In this document: piece after piece, positions 34,979 to 48,431 of the stretch | Position numbering within the stretch: position 1 is the stretch's first letter | Layout: every line of letters begins with the position of its first letter | Origin: Flectonema sp. DT1601 | Taxonomy: Eukaryota | Length of the DNA: 64,000 nt | Assembly (NCBI GenBank): GCA_964019425.1 | Contig: OZ025782.1 | Coordinates: 1,426,001-1,490,000, forward strand | Direction of reading: 5' to 3' | Notes under the pieces: generated by a model | The model's input: only the letters and a program-made list of their open reading frames with translations | Databases searched by the model: none | Told to the model about the DNA's origin: nothing | Position numbers and translations under genes: made by a program

Positions 34979-35626
34979 CTATTCTCTGCACTCCCTCTTA
35001 AGTATTTCTCGAAACAGAAAGATCGATGAGTTGCTATCTGGGGGATCTGTCATTTGAATTGATGAAACTGTTGAAGGAGAACACCAGAGAGATGCTAGAG
35101 AGTCACACGATGGTACTATAGGTTCCTTTAACATACGAGTACGGGGTAAGAATGTTGTACACCGCTGCTTACGAGTCGGACTAGTTGGTGAGAAGGCAAA
35201 GCATCCTGCCGGCCTAACAAGTACCTTGCGAGTGGGGAGAGGTGGGGTTTCAACACCCCAATACGACCTTTTTTGTGGCCTATCCCTAAGATGCTTTAGT
35301 GGAGTTACTTCTTTCTTGGGTAAAGGTGTTTGTGATGAGAATAGCTCCTCAAATAACGGAGGAATTTTAATACTCCCTTCCGACGCTATTATAACATCTT
35401 TACACTCACTGCTATCGCTAATCGCAACTTGCATTGCTTGTATGATGTTTGCCTGAGTTTCTAATATTTTTTCTTCTTCATCATTCCGAAGTCGTATTCC
35501 TCCTTCTGTTCGACAACACCGTTGTAGCGCCAGTAGCATCTCCTCTGCTCCAATTACATTAGAGCCTGTGCATTGTTTTATTATCAATAATTCACTTACT
35601 ATTCTTCCAGTGCCTATGTCACTCAT
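34979..35626 (-). CDS. Hypothetical protein (215 aa)
   Basis: ATG-initiated ORF on the cluster strand with coding-like composition between AT-rich spacers; no recognisable domain. Confidence 0.6.
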   Translation of the reverse strand: MSDIGTGRIVSELLIIKQCTGSNVIGAEEMLLALQRCCRTEGGIRLRNDEEEKILETQANIIQAMQVAISDSSECKDVIIASEGSIKIPPLFEELFSSQTPLPKKEVTPLKHLRDRPQKRSYWGVETPPLPTRKVLVRPAGCFAFSPTSPTRKQRCTTFLPRTRMLKEPIVPSCDSLASLWCSPSTVSSIQMTDPPDSNSSIFLFREILKRECRE

Positions 35627-35900
35627 ATTACGGGTGGTTGCATGTGGGAGATTTTTCTTTCAATTTAAATTATTGTAAAAGAAAAGAGAGAACAAAAAAA
35701 AATTCACATCACTTATACAAGTATTTCTTCATTGTGTGTACGCTACTGTGCAAGCCAGTACTTTCCTTTTGTTATTTCTGTTCTTTTTTTTTTTTTTTTT
35801 TTTTCCTTCATATTTGTTTTCTTTTATTTTTTTCACCCAAACTTTGAGAACTACTTCTCTTTGTTGTCAACTACTGACAGGTGTACGTGTACTTCTTCAG

Positions 35901-35902
35901 CT

Positions 35903-35936
<34 letters not shown>

Positions 35937-35970
35937 ACCGACAAAATCGGAGAAGAAAACTATTCAGATT
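35901..35970 (-). repeat. Poly(A)-tailed SINE/LINE-like 3' fragment, copy 1
   Basis: Minus strand AATCTGAATAGTTTTCTTCTCCGATTTTGTCGGTGC(A)nCAG; homologous to 42497-42555. Confidence 0.65.
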
Positions 35971-36242
35971 AAGAGCCCGTTTTTTTATTATGATCAAATG
36001 TTATCTATTTCCCCGTGCGCCAGTAATGCTGTCCGCGATCAACAGAAAAAAAAAAAAAATTCCATTCACATTCTAGGGAGCTATTGCACTGAAGCAAGCA
36101 ATCGCAACCCCTTAATCATAATATTATGGAGGAACAGAATTTTTTTTTAAAAAAATGGGTGAAACTTTGAGTAACAACTTTTAAGTATTAAAAACAAAAT
36201 TAATATCAAGTACTTGAAAAAAAAAATGAGGGGGGAAATAAT

Positions 36243-36425
36243 TCATACAGCAAAGCCAGGTGCCTTTCCTTCGGTACGAGTGCCTGAGCAGGTTACATCT
36301 GGGCTGGTAATCAGCTTTGTTGGTCCAAAGTTGACATCAGCGGTCTTCACAATACCGTATCCTCCGAATGGGGTGGCTGTGGCTCCAGTCATTTTAGATA
36401 TTAAATTCGGTGTAGTGTAATGGGT
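36243..36425 (-). CDS. Possible small ORF or exon (MTGATATPFGGYGIVKTADVNFGPTKLITSPDVTCSGTRTEGKAPGFAV)
   Basis: GC-richer island after TCTCTATCTCAG. Ends at GTATGA, which could be a stop or a donor. No homology recognised. Confidence 0.3.
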   Translation of the reverse strand, partial: THYTTPNLISKMTGATATPFGGYGIVKTADVNFGPTKLITSPDVTCSGTRTEGKAPGFAV

Positions 36426-37389
36426 CTGAGATAGAGAGTACATAAAACACGCAATGTGTGTTAGAGTCAGGGGGAAAAACAAAAAACGTCTCAATTGCTT
36501 TGTGTGATGTATCCTGTGCAAGAAAAAAAAAAAAAAAAGAAAAAAAAAATATTTAAATAATATCAATCTGTTACAGTAACATAGAATACTATCAGTGGGA
36601 GAAGTTGAAAGAGAAAAAGATCATTTTCCGTCACTTTGCCTTTGTCCACTTCAAGATATCACTGGTTACCAAGGTCGTCGCTTAAACGGATCAAAGATCA
36701 GGTGTAAAGGCTTCGAAACCTCAATTAGTGAGATATTTTAGGGTATTTGCCATTTTTATGGCTCACCCCCCTTCCCCACAAACATGGAAGGAAGTCTGCA
36801 CTGCTAGTAAGGCTGCGGAAGCTGTCAACATTTTGGTACGGGAGAATCAAGAAATGCGTTATTTACATTTTTTTTTTTTTTTTTTGCAAGAGGGACAAGA
36901 TTGATAAAGGGCTCATGCTTTATTTCAGCAGGCAGGGATAGGTTTTTTTTTTTTTTTTTTTTTGACAAACGTGAAGAATTAAAAATAAAAGAGGAGGTTG
37001 AAATGTTGAATATATATATTTATGAAGAAATAAATATCTGCATCGTACTAGAGTTAACCAACATACACGTTAACCATGATACAGCTGACTAAAGGTAATG
37101 TTAGTTTAGGTAAACACCCTTCATGTGATGTAAGAAGTCGTTACATTATAATAAATGTTTTTTTTAAACTTACGAGAACCCTGGTGCTTTCTTGTCAAGA
37201 AAATAAAATAAAATAAAAAAAGGGAGGGCGATAGAGACAAACAACTGCAATATAACCTTGCAGCACTTTAAACAAAAAGAAGCGTCTTGAAAGGTAGCGA
37301 ATAAGTCATGCTTTTTTTAAGTTAAACGTTTGCAGACAGCACAGTGACTACGACTGTCAACTTTACAATGGCTTCAGAAAGCTTTTAAT

Positions 37390-37430
<41 letters not shown>

Positions 37431-38996
37431 TTAAAATAAATGAATTGTGTTTTCTTGTAAACGATATATCAGTCATTCCTTTTTTTGCGAACAAAAAACA
37501 CCATTTTCTCACCGCCTGAGCAAGGTTACACGATATGTTACTTTTGCTCGATTTTTTATTTTTTGGAATCGGGGAGGGTGCAATCTGTAAAATTAGGCAT
37601 AGGGATATACTTTTAAACATGGGTAGTGCTGCTAAAAAGAGATAAACGTCTCTTTGCAAGATTTCCTTGGTACTACTCAATGATAAATATTAATCCCAGA
37701 ACTGGAATGGAAAGATCGAGAAAATCTGAGTAAAAAACACCCCTAATTTTTTTTTTTTTACTATTTTTTTTCCTTCTCCCGCACTCAGGAGATATGCACC
37801 TTTTTGCTAACTAATCAACCCTAGTAGCAATTATGTAAGGAAAATGTTGCATCTATATAAAGAAAGTGTTTTCATTAAGTATCAAAGTAGGTCCAAAAAG
37901 ACGGGTAGTAACAATCTGCCTCACCAGCACATGCTTAGTACTCTTTAATATATTTTTGCTCGATTGTTTTTTCTCTGGATCCCGCTGGGCCAGCAGTGTA
38001 AAATTAGACCCTTCGATTAATTTTTAGTTTTGGTACTTGTCCACGGCTGAGCTGATTTAGTAAACCACAAAATCTCTTTTCTCAATTCGGGAGACAAGTA
38101 TGTGATGCCAACCTCCCGATTTCGGACGGAAATGAACCCAACGATGCAGCGCATTAAAATGCCGCTTCGATCGAAATTTTTACAATTTTTTTTTGAAAAT
38201 TTTTTTCAGTGTCCAAAATTTGTTCGCAAAAAAAAGGAATGACTGATATATAAAAAAAAAAGCGAATCAATAAAAAGAGAGGGAACGAGAAAGGAGTAAT
38301 AAGTTGGAAGAAGAAAAAAAGTGACTCGCCATTGAAAAAAAAGTAAAAACAAAAAGACTTTTTTTTATTATTATTTTTTTCTTTGGCAAAATGCTACTAA
38401 AATAGCGAAACAAAAAGTAAAGAGAGGAGGGGAAAAAAAAAAAAAAAGAAAGAAAAAAAAAAATTCGGTTAAAAATCGAAGGGTAGATCAACGACGACAA
38501 AGGGAAAACCAATAATATGTATTTCCTGTACATTGCCTTTAAACACAAGGACAATTTCACAATCTGAATACCCGGACTTGATTACAGCAGTACAGGGGTC
38601 ACAGATTGCGCAGCTGTTTATATAATTTGATTCCCTTTATTTATTTATTTTTATTTTTTCCCCAAAAAACGAAGAACGAAGGCTGCTGAGAACGTAGTCA
38701 GTGTTTGCCCCCACAAGATACAGGTAAAGTTATGCAAAAGACTAAATTAAAAATCACGATCGTGATCCCCAAACAGTGATCTCTATATAAAAGGAAAAAA
38801 AGATAACACGCTTCGAAGACTAAGAATACTCGCATTGAATCGCAAGAAGGGAAAAAAAAAAAAAAAAAAAATTATAATGTATACTTATGAATAGATTTAA
38901 AAAACGGTTCTTTCTTTTTTTTTTTAACATTGTAGTTTCGTTTTTTTTTTTTTTTTTGAACACAACTTGAAAAAGCCGTGTAAAACCGAGAAGGGG

Positions 38997-39030
<34 letters not shown>

Positions 39031-39123
39031 CAGAGTAATAATTATACTTCGTGCGGTAGGAAACCGCACTATACTTTAGACGAAAAATAACGACGATATA
39101 CACAAAAAGTTCAACACTTTCTA

Positions 39124-42100
39124 CTACTTAGGAGGTGAAGTAAGCAACAAGATTACTTCATTAGCTCCGAGGATATCTTCGAAAAAGTTAACAACAAAAT
39201 CGATCGCCAATGACGCTGCAACAAACTTAGCAGACCACTCAGTCGCTGTCAGTACTACACAAAGAGATGAAACGTATTTAGCATTTGAACCAACCCACTT
39301 AAAGAAGCGAGTTCTACGCGGAGTAAGAATTGCTAGAGACTCATCGTTAAATCTACGATCGACGTCCATGAATATTGGATCGTTCATTGACTCTTGGAAC
39401 TTACAAATGATTGGACCGAAAAACGGAACAAAAAGCCAAATAATGGCATTTGCCTTACCAAGAATAGTAACAAGAAGTTCATGTCTGTTGTCATCGTCGT
39501 TTGGATCGTCGTCGAAAGTTTCAGCTCTTGAAACAATCCGATGACCGTCTACGAGATCAGCATCCCAAAACCCAACTGTTTGTTTAATCAAACGAGATAA
39601 TCCACAAACAACTGACCACAATAAGAATACGACGGTTGACATAACTCTGTGATTATCTTGGTATGCACTCCACTCTATTGATCGTTCTTTGTTTTTAAAC
39701 CACCACCACTTTGGTGGATCTGGAGGTTCACCAACGAAGACAAAAAATGACAAATACATTAAAACAACAACCCAAACACCAACCCACACCAGTCCAAGCT
39801 TAGAAACTTGAACAAGACGATCAAGATTACTACAAGACCTTTCAGCTCCCATAATCCCACCAAATAGTAAACCAACGCTACTGACTGTGACAAATTGAAC
39901 TGCGTATAGACAGATTATGCCTAATAGTTTTCCCGCTCTGGATACGAACCATTTCTTTGCATCAGACGCGTTGATCTTTAATTTCAAGATTCCAACAGAA
40001 AGCGTCAACAACCAATCTTTTTTCAGGACAAAAACTACTACAAAGAACCCAAAAAGTAATATCATTGGTGTCAAGGCTTTGATCGCACCACCACAATTCC
40101 AAGTTTCTAACCCTTTGAATGGCTGTGCGATATCAAAGAGATCTTGAAACCATCTTGCTAACTGTTGTAGTTGTGAAAACAATTCAATATCTTTTAACGC
40201 TTCTCGAAGATCTTCATAGTCTGGGAAGTCGACGTCCATATCTAAAGTAACAAGTGATGTTTGCATCATCACGATGTTAAAGAATAGTTTTATAGCTTCA
40301 ATAATTACCGTAACCAAACGCTCAATCAAGATACCAAAATAAAGAGAACATCTCAACGTGATAAGAGCTATTTTATCCATCAATAGGGGAATAGGTAAAG
40401 CCTTAGGATCGAGTGGAATGTTAGGAAACGATGGTCTTCCTAACTTGACAGCTACTTTATCAAGCTCACGGCCAGCAGGCGTTTGAAGAGCCCCAAGCAT
40501 ACCTTTAAAGTAATCACTCCATGCACATGGTGCTTGTGGAATCGGAGGTTCAGGTGATGGTAGAACAGCTTTTATTGGAGCAAACCCAGCCATCATTTGC
40601 TTCAGTGGAGGTAACGGATTAAAAGATAACACTTGAGGTCTTAAGGCGATTGATATTTCTCTTAGACGAGCTAATTGAAATGCCATAACAGATTGATTCT
40701 TTATTACTAAAGCAACTCCCATTGCAAACTGTTGTACTTCACACATAATCTTTGTGATTGCTCCACCAACAAGATCAGTGTTAGCGACAGCACTGATTAA
40801 TGCTTTGGTAGCACCCGCATCTCTTTCTTCAAGGTTTCCAACATCTAAAACACGATCTCCATCAAGAGTACACTGAACTGATCCACACTTCTCTGATGTC
40901 GCTGTTAACGCGGAGTCAACTTGTGCTGTGAGTGCCCATACAGAAGGAGCATTCCAATCTCTTTGTTGGCTGTGTTGTATTTCAAATATAACCTGACCTA
41001 CTAACCCTTGAAGCTTTCTTCTTAATGGTCTTCTGTGAAAGAAGAATGTTCTGTCGACATTCTTCGTAGCGACAACTAGTTTTTGTAATCTTATGCAGGC
41101 CCTTTTCATAACTCCGTAAAAGTTATGCGCCGCGTCAGCAATGCGACGAAGGAAGCGAGTCTTCATATATAAGACACGAGGATCGTCAACTTGATCGAGT
41201 CCAACAGCAACATCATCATCAGCCATTGTTGAGCGACGCTTTCCTCTACTGTCTCTGGCAGTGCTATCAGACCAGAAGTCTTGAAGAATCTCTAGAGAGA
41301 TGGCTGTGATATCTTTTACTGATGTTGCTCCTCTACAACAGGCATCTTTAAAGTCTCGGAGTGAACGTTCAGCTTGTGAGGCTTCTTTAACATCTCTGAT
41401 TTTAAGTTCAGCCATGATACCGTGATTCTGTACTAGTTCAGTGAACTCAGCTATGCAAGTTTCCATTTCAATACAAACAATAGCTTCAGTATCTAAAGAC
41501 TCATAAAGACAATCTAAATAGTTCATGAGGACTACCTGACGTGATGTTGCTTCTGAGTCTGCTTCTTCAGATTCATTTCTGTTGTTCATCGATTGTTGTA
41601 TAATAGGAAGTATGGATTCAATACCCTGTTTTATAGTTGTGGTGGTTACTTCGTTAACCTTTAGTTTGATCTCTTCTCTTAGTTTCGCAATTTCAGTTTC
41701 AAAAGCTCCGTCGTTGAAAATTCTTGATTTCTCTTTCATGACGTCGAGTCTTTGTTTTAGTTCTGGATTCTCGTTGATCTTTTCCATTGCTTTTTGTTTT
41801 AGTTGATCCAGCTCACCCATTGCTTTGGCACGGAGTTCATCAGTCTTTTCTTTGAGTTCTGCGACTTTTTCATTTACTTTGTCAGATATTCCAAATTGCT
41901 GATCAATTGACGACATGAAATTTCCAACTTTTTGAACCGCTTGTCCAACAGCTTCTTTAGCCTTTAAGAGACCCTGTCCGAAGGCGCTGTTCAAAAATTC
42001 TTCTCTCAAATGATTTATATATTCTCTGCTTTGAGCAGAGTTACGTTCTTTCCATTGTGGTACGTCCATCACTCCAGTTTTTTCTTTTCTCTCTCGTAAA

Positions 42101-45100
42101 GCCATTTCTAAAGAGATTGATATACGAGACATGTTTGACTGGTATTCCATTAGGAAACAAAAAGCATCGACGAATCCTAAATGATGAGCACCTAAATAAT
42201 TAACATTCAGGTTCCTTGTTGATGTTGTTTCAGTTATAGATGTTCCCAAAGTCTTAATTGAAGTATCGAGTATTGATATAATGGAATCACAGCGAGCTCT
42301 GAATGGATTGTCTCCGTCTGTTGTGTTGGTGGTTTGTCTTCATAGAGAGTAAGTAGAGTAAGAATATGTTGAGTTTTGTTTTTTGTTTTGCATACCTAAA
42401 ACTTCCTTTGACAGATCTAAGAATCTATCTTCCATTGTTTTTCCATCGTTTTCTTCTTGTTCTTTTGGTAGTCTCTCAATAGTGAGTCTTGATACGCTGT
42501 TTTTTTTTTTTTTTTTTTTGTACCGACGTAGTCGGAAGAAGAAACTATTCAGATTGAAATGACAGGATTCTGTCTGCGTTCAACTACGTCTAATTCAGTA
42601 AAACGACATACTTTTCGAAATCGTCCATCACTGATCTCATTATCTGTTTCTGTCCGTGAAGTTCCTTACCCATTTCGAACTGTTAATAGTTGTGTTTTGT
42701 TTTGATTATTAGTTTTCTTTTTTGAATACTCAGGAAGAAATATTATCATACCCTGGATGAGACGACTTTCAGTAGGCTCGTCACCTCTAAATTACTACTT
42801 TCTGATTTAATTTTGCTGAGTTTTTCTGATCCGTATTTCTTGGTCCCCCCAATAGCTTCACCCAAGTCATCGATTAAGATCATCGCTAATTTGTATGTTG
42901 CTCGGTAGGCTTCGTATGTGTAAACGTTGTCGTGTTTTAATTTCTTCTTCTTCTTTTTATCTTTTTTGTCTTTCTTATCTTTTTTATCCTTCTTGCTTTT
43001 GTTGCTGCTGGTCTCGAGGAGTTCTCGTTCTTCTGGAGAAGGTTCTTGCCATGCAGGTTGTCCTTGAGGTGGTGCTTCGTCTTTCTCTTTATCATTTTCA
43101 CTGTCGGGAACCCGTACTATTTGTTGAACTATATCTTCCTTTACACCGGTAGCTCCCTTTTGAAATCGTGAAAGGCGATGCATGTGTTTTTCCTGTTGTT
43201 ATTATTATTTTTGTTTGTTGTTTTTTTTTTTTAAACCACACAACGTAATTGCATATTAGTAAACGTTACATACAATGCCAAGACTGCTCGCCACTTGTTT
43301 TTTCAATTCCCGAGTAACCGAACGAGACACTTCAAATATATGAACACGTTTATCGTTATCAACGGGAAACCCGGCAGACTCGAATGAATTTAAAACGATT
43401 CCAATTAAGTAGTGGGATGTGTACAGAGCAGATTCAACACGTTGCCCTGCGTGAAGAAATTGCTTCTTTGCTTCCTTTCCTTTATCTGATGACAGTTTGC
43501 TCTCATCGAGCTCTGATAGTTCTTCAGCATTCTTGCAAACATCTTTCCAGGCAATCTGTAGCAGGTCTTGGAATTCTTCAGACATTTCTTCAACGAGTTT
43601 CAGCATGTCTGCTGCAAAGTTAGGTACCTGATCAGGAGCCTTTAATACGGATTTCGTTAACTCTTTCGGTCCAGAGATCTCAATTTTTCCTTGTCCTGGC
43701 ATACAACGATCCCAAATTGTTTTTTTACGCTTTTTTTCACCCTTGCTGTTGAAAGCGTTTCCTTCTTCCATGTTTCTGGTTATGGCCATTGAGAATAGTA
43801 GTCCAGCCCTAGAGATTTCTTTTTCCCAATGCATCTGACGTTCGTTGCATTTAAATACGAATGCTGCATCGCGAACTTCAGGGGGATCCTCTTTTGTGAA
43901 CTCACGAATTTCTGTAGCAGCTTTGTGTTTTAAATCCATGATAGCGTCCTTGTAGTCAACAGCAGCTTCGAAATTGATCACTCCATCCATTTGTGTGTAG
44001 GCATTTCCGATGACTTTACCAAGGGTGTGACCTCTGATTATCATGTCTTTGAGACTTCCGATTGATCCAACAAGTGATCCGAGTTCAGGAATGTCACCAT
44101 CAAGACAGTTACGGAGTTGAGTTACTCCGTTAACAACCTTGTCTTTGAGATCTGTCGAGAGAGTTGTCATTGATTCTTTGACGTTCTTCAACTCTTCGAT
44201 TACGAATTCAACATCTTCGTTGGGAGGTTCGCTATCACCAGAACCAACTCCGATCATTGATTTTAATTTTTTAAGAATTTCTTTAAGAATTCCCTGCATT
44301 GCTCCGATGTTAAAGTTTTCCGTAGCATCCTCAAGATCGTCTTGAATGTCGTCAACGGCTGCATCTTCTTCGACGAAGAGAGCTTCGTTTGCGTGTGCTT
44401 CTTTTATCAATCCTTGGACGTCTGCCATTGCTCCTGCTATAGCTGGTCTGATTGATGATAATGAAACTTTTTTGAGGTTAAATATAAACACTTCCAGATC
44501 CTTCTTTGCGGTGTCAACGTTTGCTCCTCCAGTTAGCTTGGCTTTGGCCTGGTCAATAAGGTTGGTTGCTTTGTCCTTTAATTCGGAAACTTGTTGTTTC
44601 GCCTTTTCGAGTTCGGCAGCCGCTCTGGCTTTCAAGTTTGCGATGAGCTTGTCTCGGTCTTTCAGGGCTTCTGCGAGTTCTTTTCGCTTGCGGTCGGCTT
44701 CTGCTACGCGCTCTTTTGCTGCTGAAGCGAGAGCGTTCTTCTTAGCAACGGCTTCTGCTTTGATCTCTGCGAGAAGGGCTTCACGGTCTTCACGAGCCCG
44801 TCGGGCCAGCTCCTTACCAGCTGCCTTCGCCTTCTCAAATTCCTCCATCGCTTTCTGCTTCTTCTCTTCGGCTGCTTTTATTGCAGCGTTCTTCTTCTCC
44901 TCAATTGCCCTAATCTTGTCCGCGTGTTTCTCTTCTATTTCTCGTTTCTTTGCCTCGGCTTTTTCACGTAGCTCCTTTTTCTTCTCCTCCAAAGCTGCAA
45001 ATTTCTCAGCGTGCTTTGCTTCGAAGGCAGCCTTTTCCTCATCGAGCTTTTTCTTAGCGAGTTCTTGCTTTTCTTTGGCAGCTTCCTTTGCCTTGTTGAG

Positions 45101-48025
45101 ACCTTCTTTAGCTTTGTCTTTTAGAGCGTTGAGACCACCCATGAGGCCGCCTGACTTTTTTGGCTCAGCTTCCTCTGCTTCGGCCTTTTTGAGGGCTTCG
45201 GCAGACTCCTCGTCGATGGCTTTTTCACGGGCCGCACTCTCTTCTTGGAACCTTCGTTGAGCTTCTGCAGTTTCAGCAGCCTCAGTCTCCATTGCTGAGG
45301 CTTCAGCCTCTGCAGCTGACAGTTCTTTAGAGGACTCCTCGTGTGATGCAGTTGCCGTGGCATTTTCCTTTTCGTATTCGCTGTTGGCATCTTTTAGTTG
45401 AGAGTCTGCCTCTTCCTGGTCAGCTTTCATCTTATTTTCCATCTCAAGTAGTATATCGTCCTCACTGACGTTGTTAAGTCTTTCGTTTTCTGCTTCCTTT
45501 TCGGCCTCTTCGCGTGCCATGGCGTCAACTGTTTCTTTTTCTTTAGCGGCTTCGGAGTCAATATTAGCTTGAATTTCTTTTTCCTCCGAAGCTACACGTT
45601 GTTGTTCCTTCGCGAATGCTTCTTCGGCTTCACGGAGTTCACGCAGTGTTTCCGAATCAGCTTCGGGTTCTGGTGGTGGTTCAGGAGCCTTGGGAGCTTC
45701 AGAACTTGTGACACCAGCGACTGCAGCCACAGCTGAGATTGCAGATGTTTCTTCAACGTCGCCAGTGTCTTCGTCATCGAGGAGCTTACGTCCCTTAGCT
45801 TTGTAATACTTAACGGATTTTATCCTCGATATTCTTTGGATTTGTTTAATGCATTTCATTATTTTAGTTTGAGAATTACGAGCATCACTAATAATAGTTG
45901 CGAAGTCATTTAGAGGTTTCATGTGTTTCTCATCAAAGCTGTCGAGGAGGTCTAGTTTTGCTCTTTCCTCTTTTATCATTTTTAGTTCACGTTCAAGTGA
46001 AGAGCAGAAGGTTGGAACGTATTTTAGAATTGATTTTTCGATTTCACCAGCGTGGGAACGCATCTTTCCTACAAGAGATCCAACATTAACGTGTGCTATC
46101 TGTTCGTTGGACGGTAAGTCTACGAGGTCGCTAATGACCGCTTCAAACTTTGGAAGTACTTCTGATCTCAAATCCTTGACACATTGCTCAAAGGGAACTT
46201 CTACTACTGCTCCCAAGATTAGTTTCTCTTCGTCTGCGTCTTCAACACTCTCACGACGTCCTTTCAGAAATGGAAGTTTCGGAGCTTTAAACTGTAAGTT
46301 TATTGGTATCTTTCCGAGTAAGTCTTTGCCCATAGATTTAAGCATTTGTTTCTTTTCTTCTAATTGAGCTCCGACCTTCTCTTCGAGTTCTTTTGCTTTT
46401 TTTCGAGCTGCTTCGACTTCTGGATTGAGAGTGACGTTTTCCTCTGCGATGTTTCTAGTTTTGCGAGATGGGGTCTTTTTGACAGCAGCTTCTGGTTTGC
46501 CGCGGATTTCCATTAGAAGTTGAACTTGTTCTGAAAGGACAGTCGCGTGTTCAAATAAAGAGTCTTGATTCATTCCATCTTTACCTGGATATGTTGCGAA
46601 GGCCTTGGCTGATCCCATGACGTGTTTTATTTTATCAATCAGGTCTGCTGGTGACCAATCTCCTTCTTGCATTTCTTCTGCCCATTCATCCGCACCGTCT
46701 TCGTCACTGTGTTCGATTGAACCTCGTGAACCTCTTGCAATTTCTTGTTGACGTATTTTACGAGCTTCGTTTTCTTTGGCTTCTAATTCTTTTTGTGCCA
46801 TTTCTAACTCTAACTCTGCTTCAGTTTTTTCTAAGAAATCACCTTCATCACAACTGTCTTCATCAAGAGCTTCGTCTTCGCTTTCTGGTTCAGGAGGAGC
46901 TCCACGATCCCAAAAGAATCCAATAATTTTCTGCCAAGTCTTTGGAAACTTTTTAATAATAACAAGCATAATAACACAGAATGCCATCAGCAGTACGAAT
47001 CCAGCTATATAAATGAACTCTGCGTAGTTGTCGTGCACCTCAATAGAAAGTTCAAAGTGTGCTTCCTGCATTTGATTATCTATTGGGGTTTCACCACCCA
47101 CTAGGATTGCTATCCAAAGTTCATAAGAGTCTTCGGGGTTTCCATTTGGTACTTTTCCCAAGACTGTCAAATCCTCAAAGTCTATTAGGATTTGATCATT
47201 AGATATTGTTGTCGATGATGGAAGGATGAATGGACTGCTGGTTTGGTCATCAATGTTCGAGTCTTGGTCTCTCTCAGGACTGAAAGTAAAGTTAAAATCT
47301 GGTAAAGGATTGCCATCAGGAGGAAATGTAAAATTATCAGAAGAGTTAAATCCAACTGGTGATTGAGTTGTATTTCTAGTAACGTTTCCATAAGCTTCAA
47401 GATCTCTTTCTCCCTCAACTTTATCCATCACCCATCCAACAGAAGTTGATGTCCCGAGTGATAAAGTATAGTCAGCCACCGTATCGTTACTAATTGTTAT
47501 CCTACGCATTCCGTTGATTTCTTGGACGGTGTAGGCGACTTGAGGTGCTCTTCCAAACCCAACAAAGATCCAAACAACGTAACCAGGTGGCCAGTTCTGT
47601 TCATCTTTAATTAAACCTCTTATGAAGAATTCATTATTAGTCATTGAGACGAGAGTGAAGTGTCTGTTGGTCCATCCGAATGGTCCGTCGAATTTATCAG
47701 CGTTTTTAACACCTTCTTTACGCCAATCTTTCTTCCGACTGTCTCCAGTGTTTACTAGTTCATCGACATAGGTGGACTCTTTTCTCCATCTCATTTCAAC
47801 TGTTCCGAAGTCGCAAACCTTCCACGGGTTTGTAGTCAGGTCTCTGTCTAATGGTGGAAGGTGACAGGTTGGATTGTCGTGCTCTGACCCTCCACAGCAA
47901 TTAACTGGCAAGTTTCCACACACCGCATCATCGTCGTTGTAGCAATATCGGTTTGGGAATAAAGCATCCTGGGCTGACGTCAGAAGTAGAACTGCTAACA
48001 ACACCCCGAACGCGAGCACTTGCAT
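39124..48025 (-). CDS. Large membrane/coiled-coil protein, 2851 aa, 5 exons (48025-43274, 43192-42752, 42679-42612, 42496-42396, 42317-39124)
   Basis: Four GTATG...ACAG introns join three track ORFs and two small exons in frame (8556 nt). Signal peptide MQVLAFGVLLAVLLLTSA, a TM helix FIYIAGFVLLMAFCVIMLVII, long E/K/A coiled coils and several C-terminal hydrophobic helices. Confidence 0.85.
42497..42555 (-). repeat. Poly(A)-tailed SINE/LINE-like 3' fragment, copy 2, forming the 3' end of an intron
   Basis: Minus strand AATCTGAATAGTTTCTTCTTCCGACTACGTCGGTAC(A)nCAG, directly followed by exon 42496-42396. Confidence 0.65.
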
Positions 48026-48431
48026 TTTACCGTCTGAAAGAATATACATTATTTAAATCGGAATATTAATTTTAAAAAATGACACACTTACCACCAGGGC
48101 CTTGTAAAATATCCAACAGCACTGAGACTCATTTGAGTTGTCATCTCTCCTGTGTGAGTAAGGGGAAGAATAACTATCGACAACAACTAACTCTACTTCT
48201 CAAAAGTAAGATAAGTAAAACTGTGTAACTGACCAAATAAACTAAAACAACAAACTACAAACCGACCTTGTAAAAGGTGGCAACGAAAAGGTTCGCGTGC
48301 TGTCGCGAACACATAAGCCCGGCAAAAAAAAGGAAATTGGTGATTATATGTATTTTCTTTTATACAGAACAATACCATGCGAGTAAGAGTTCACAAACAA
48401 ACGAAATCACTCAAAGCTTCGGAAGGTCAGT

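Noticed and set aside
35638..39069. Phe/Lys-rich ORFs in intergenic DNA
   Set aside because: Artefacts of poly(T)/poly(A) runs
44346..45260. 304-aa plus-strand ORF
   Set aside because: Antisense of the E/K/A coiled-coil region of the 2851-aa gene
48034..48132. Possible upstream coding exon for the 2851-aa gene (GTAAGT donor at ~48091)
   Set aside because: The in-frame reading has an upstream stop and no ATG, so at most this is a 5' UTR intron or the AG is a trans-splice acceptor
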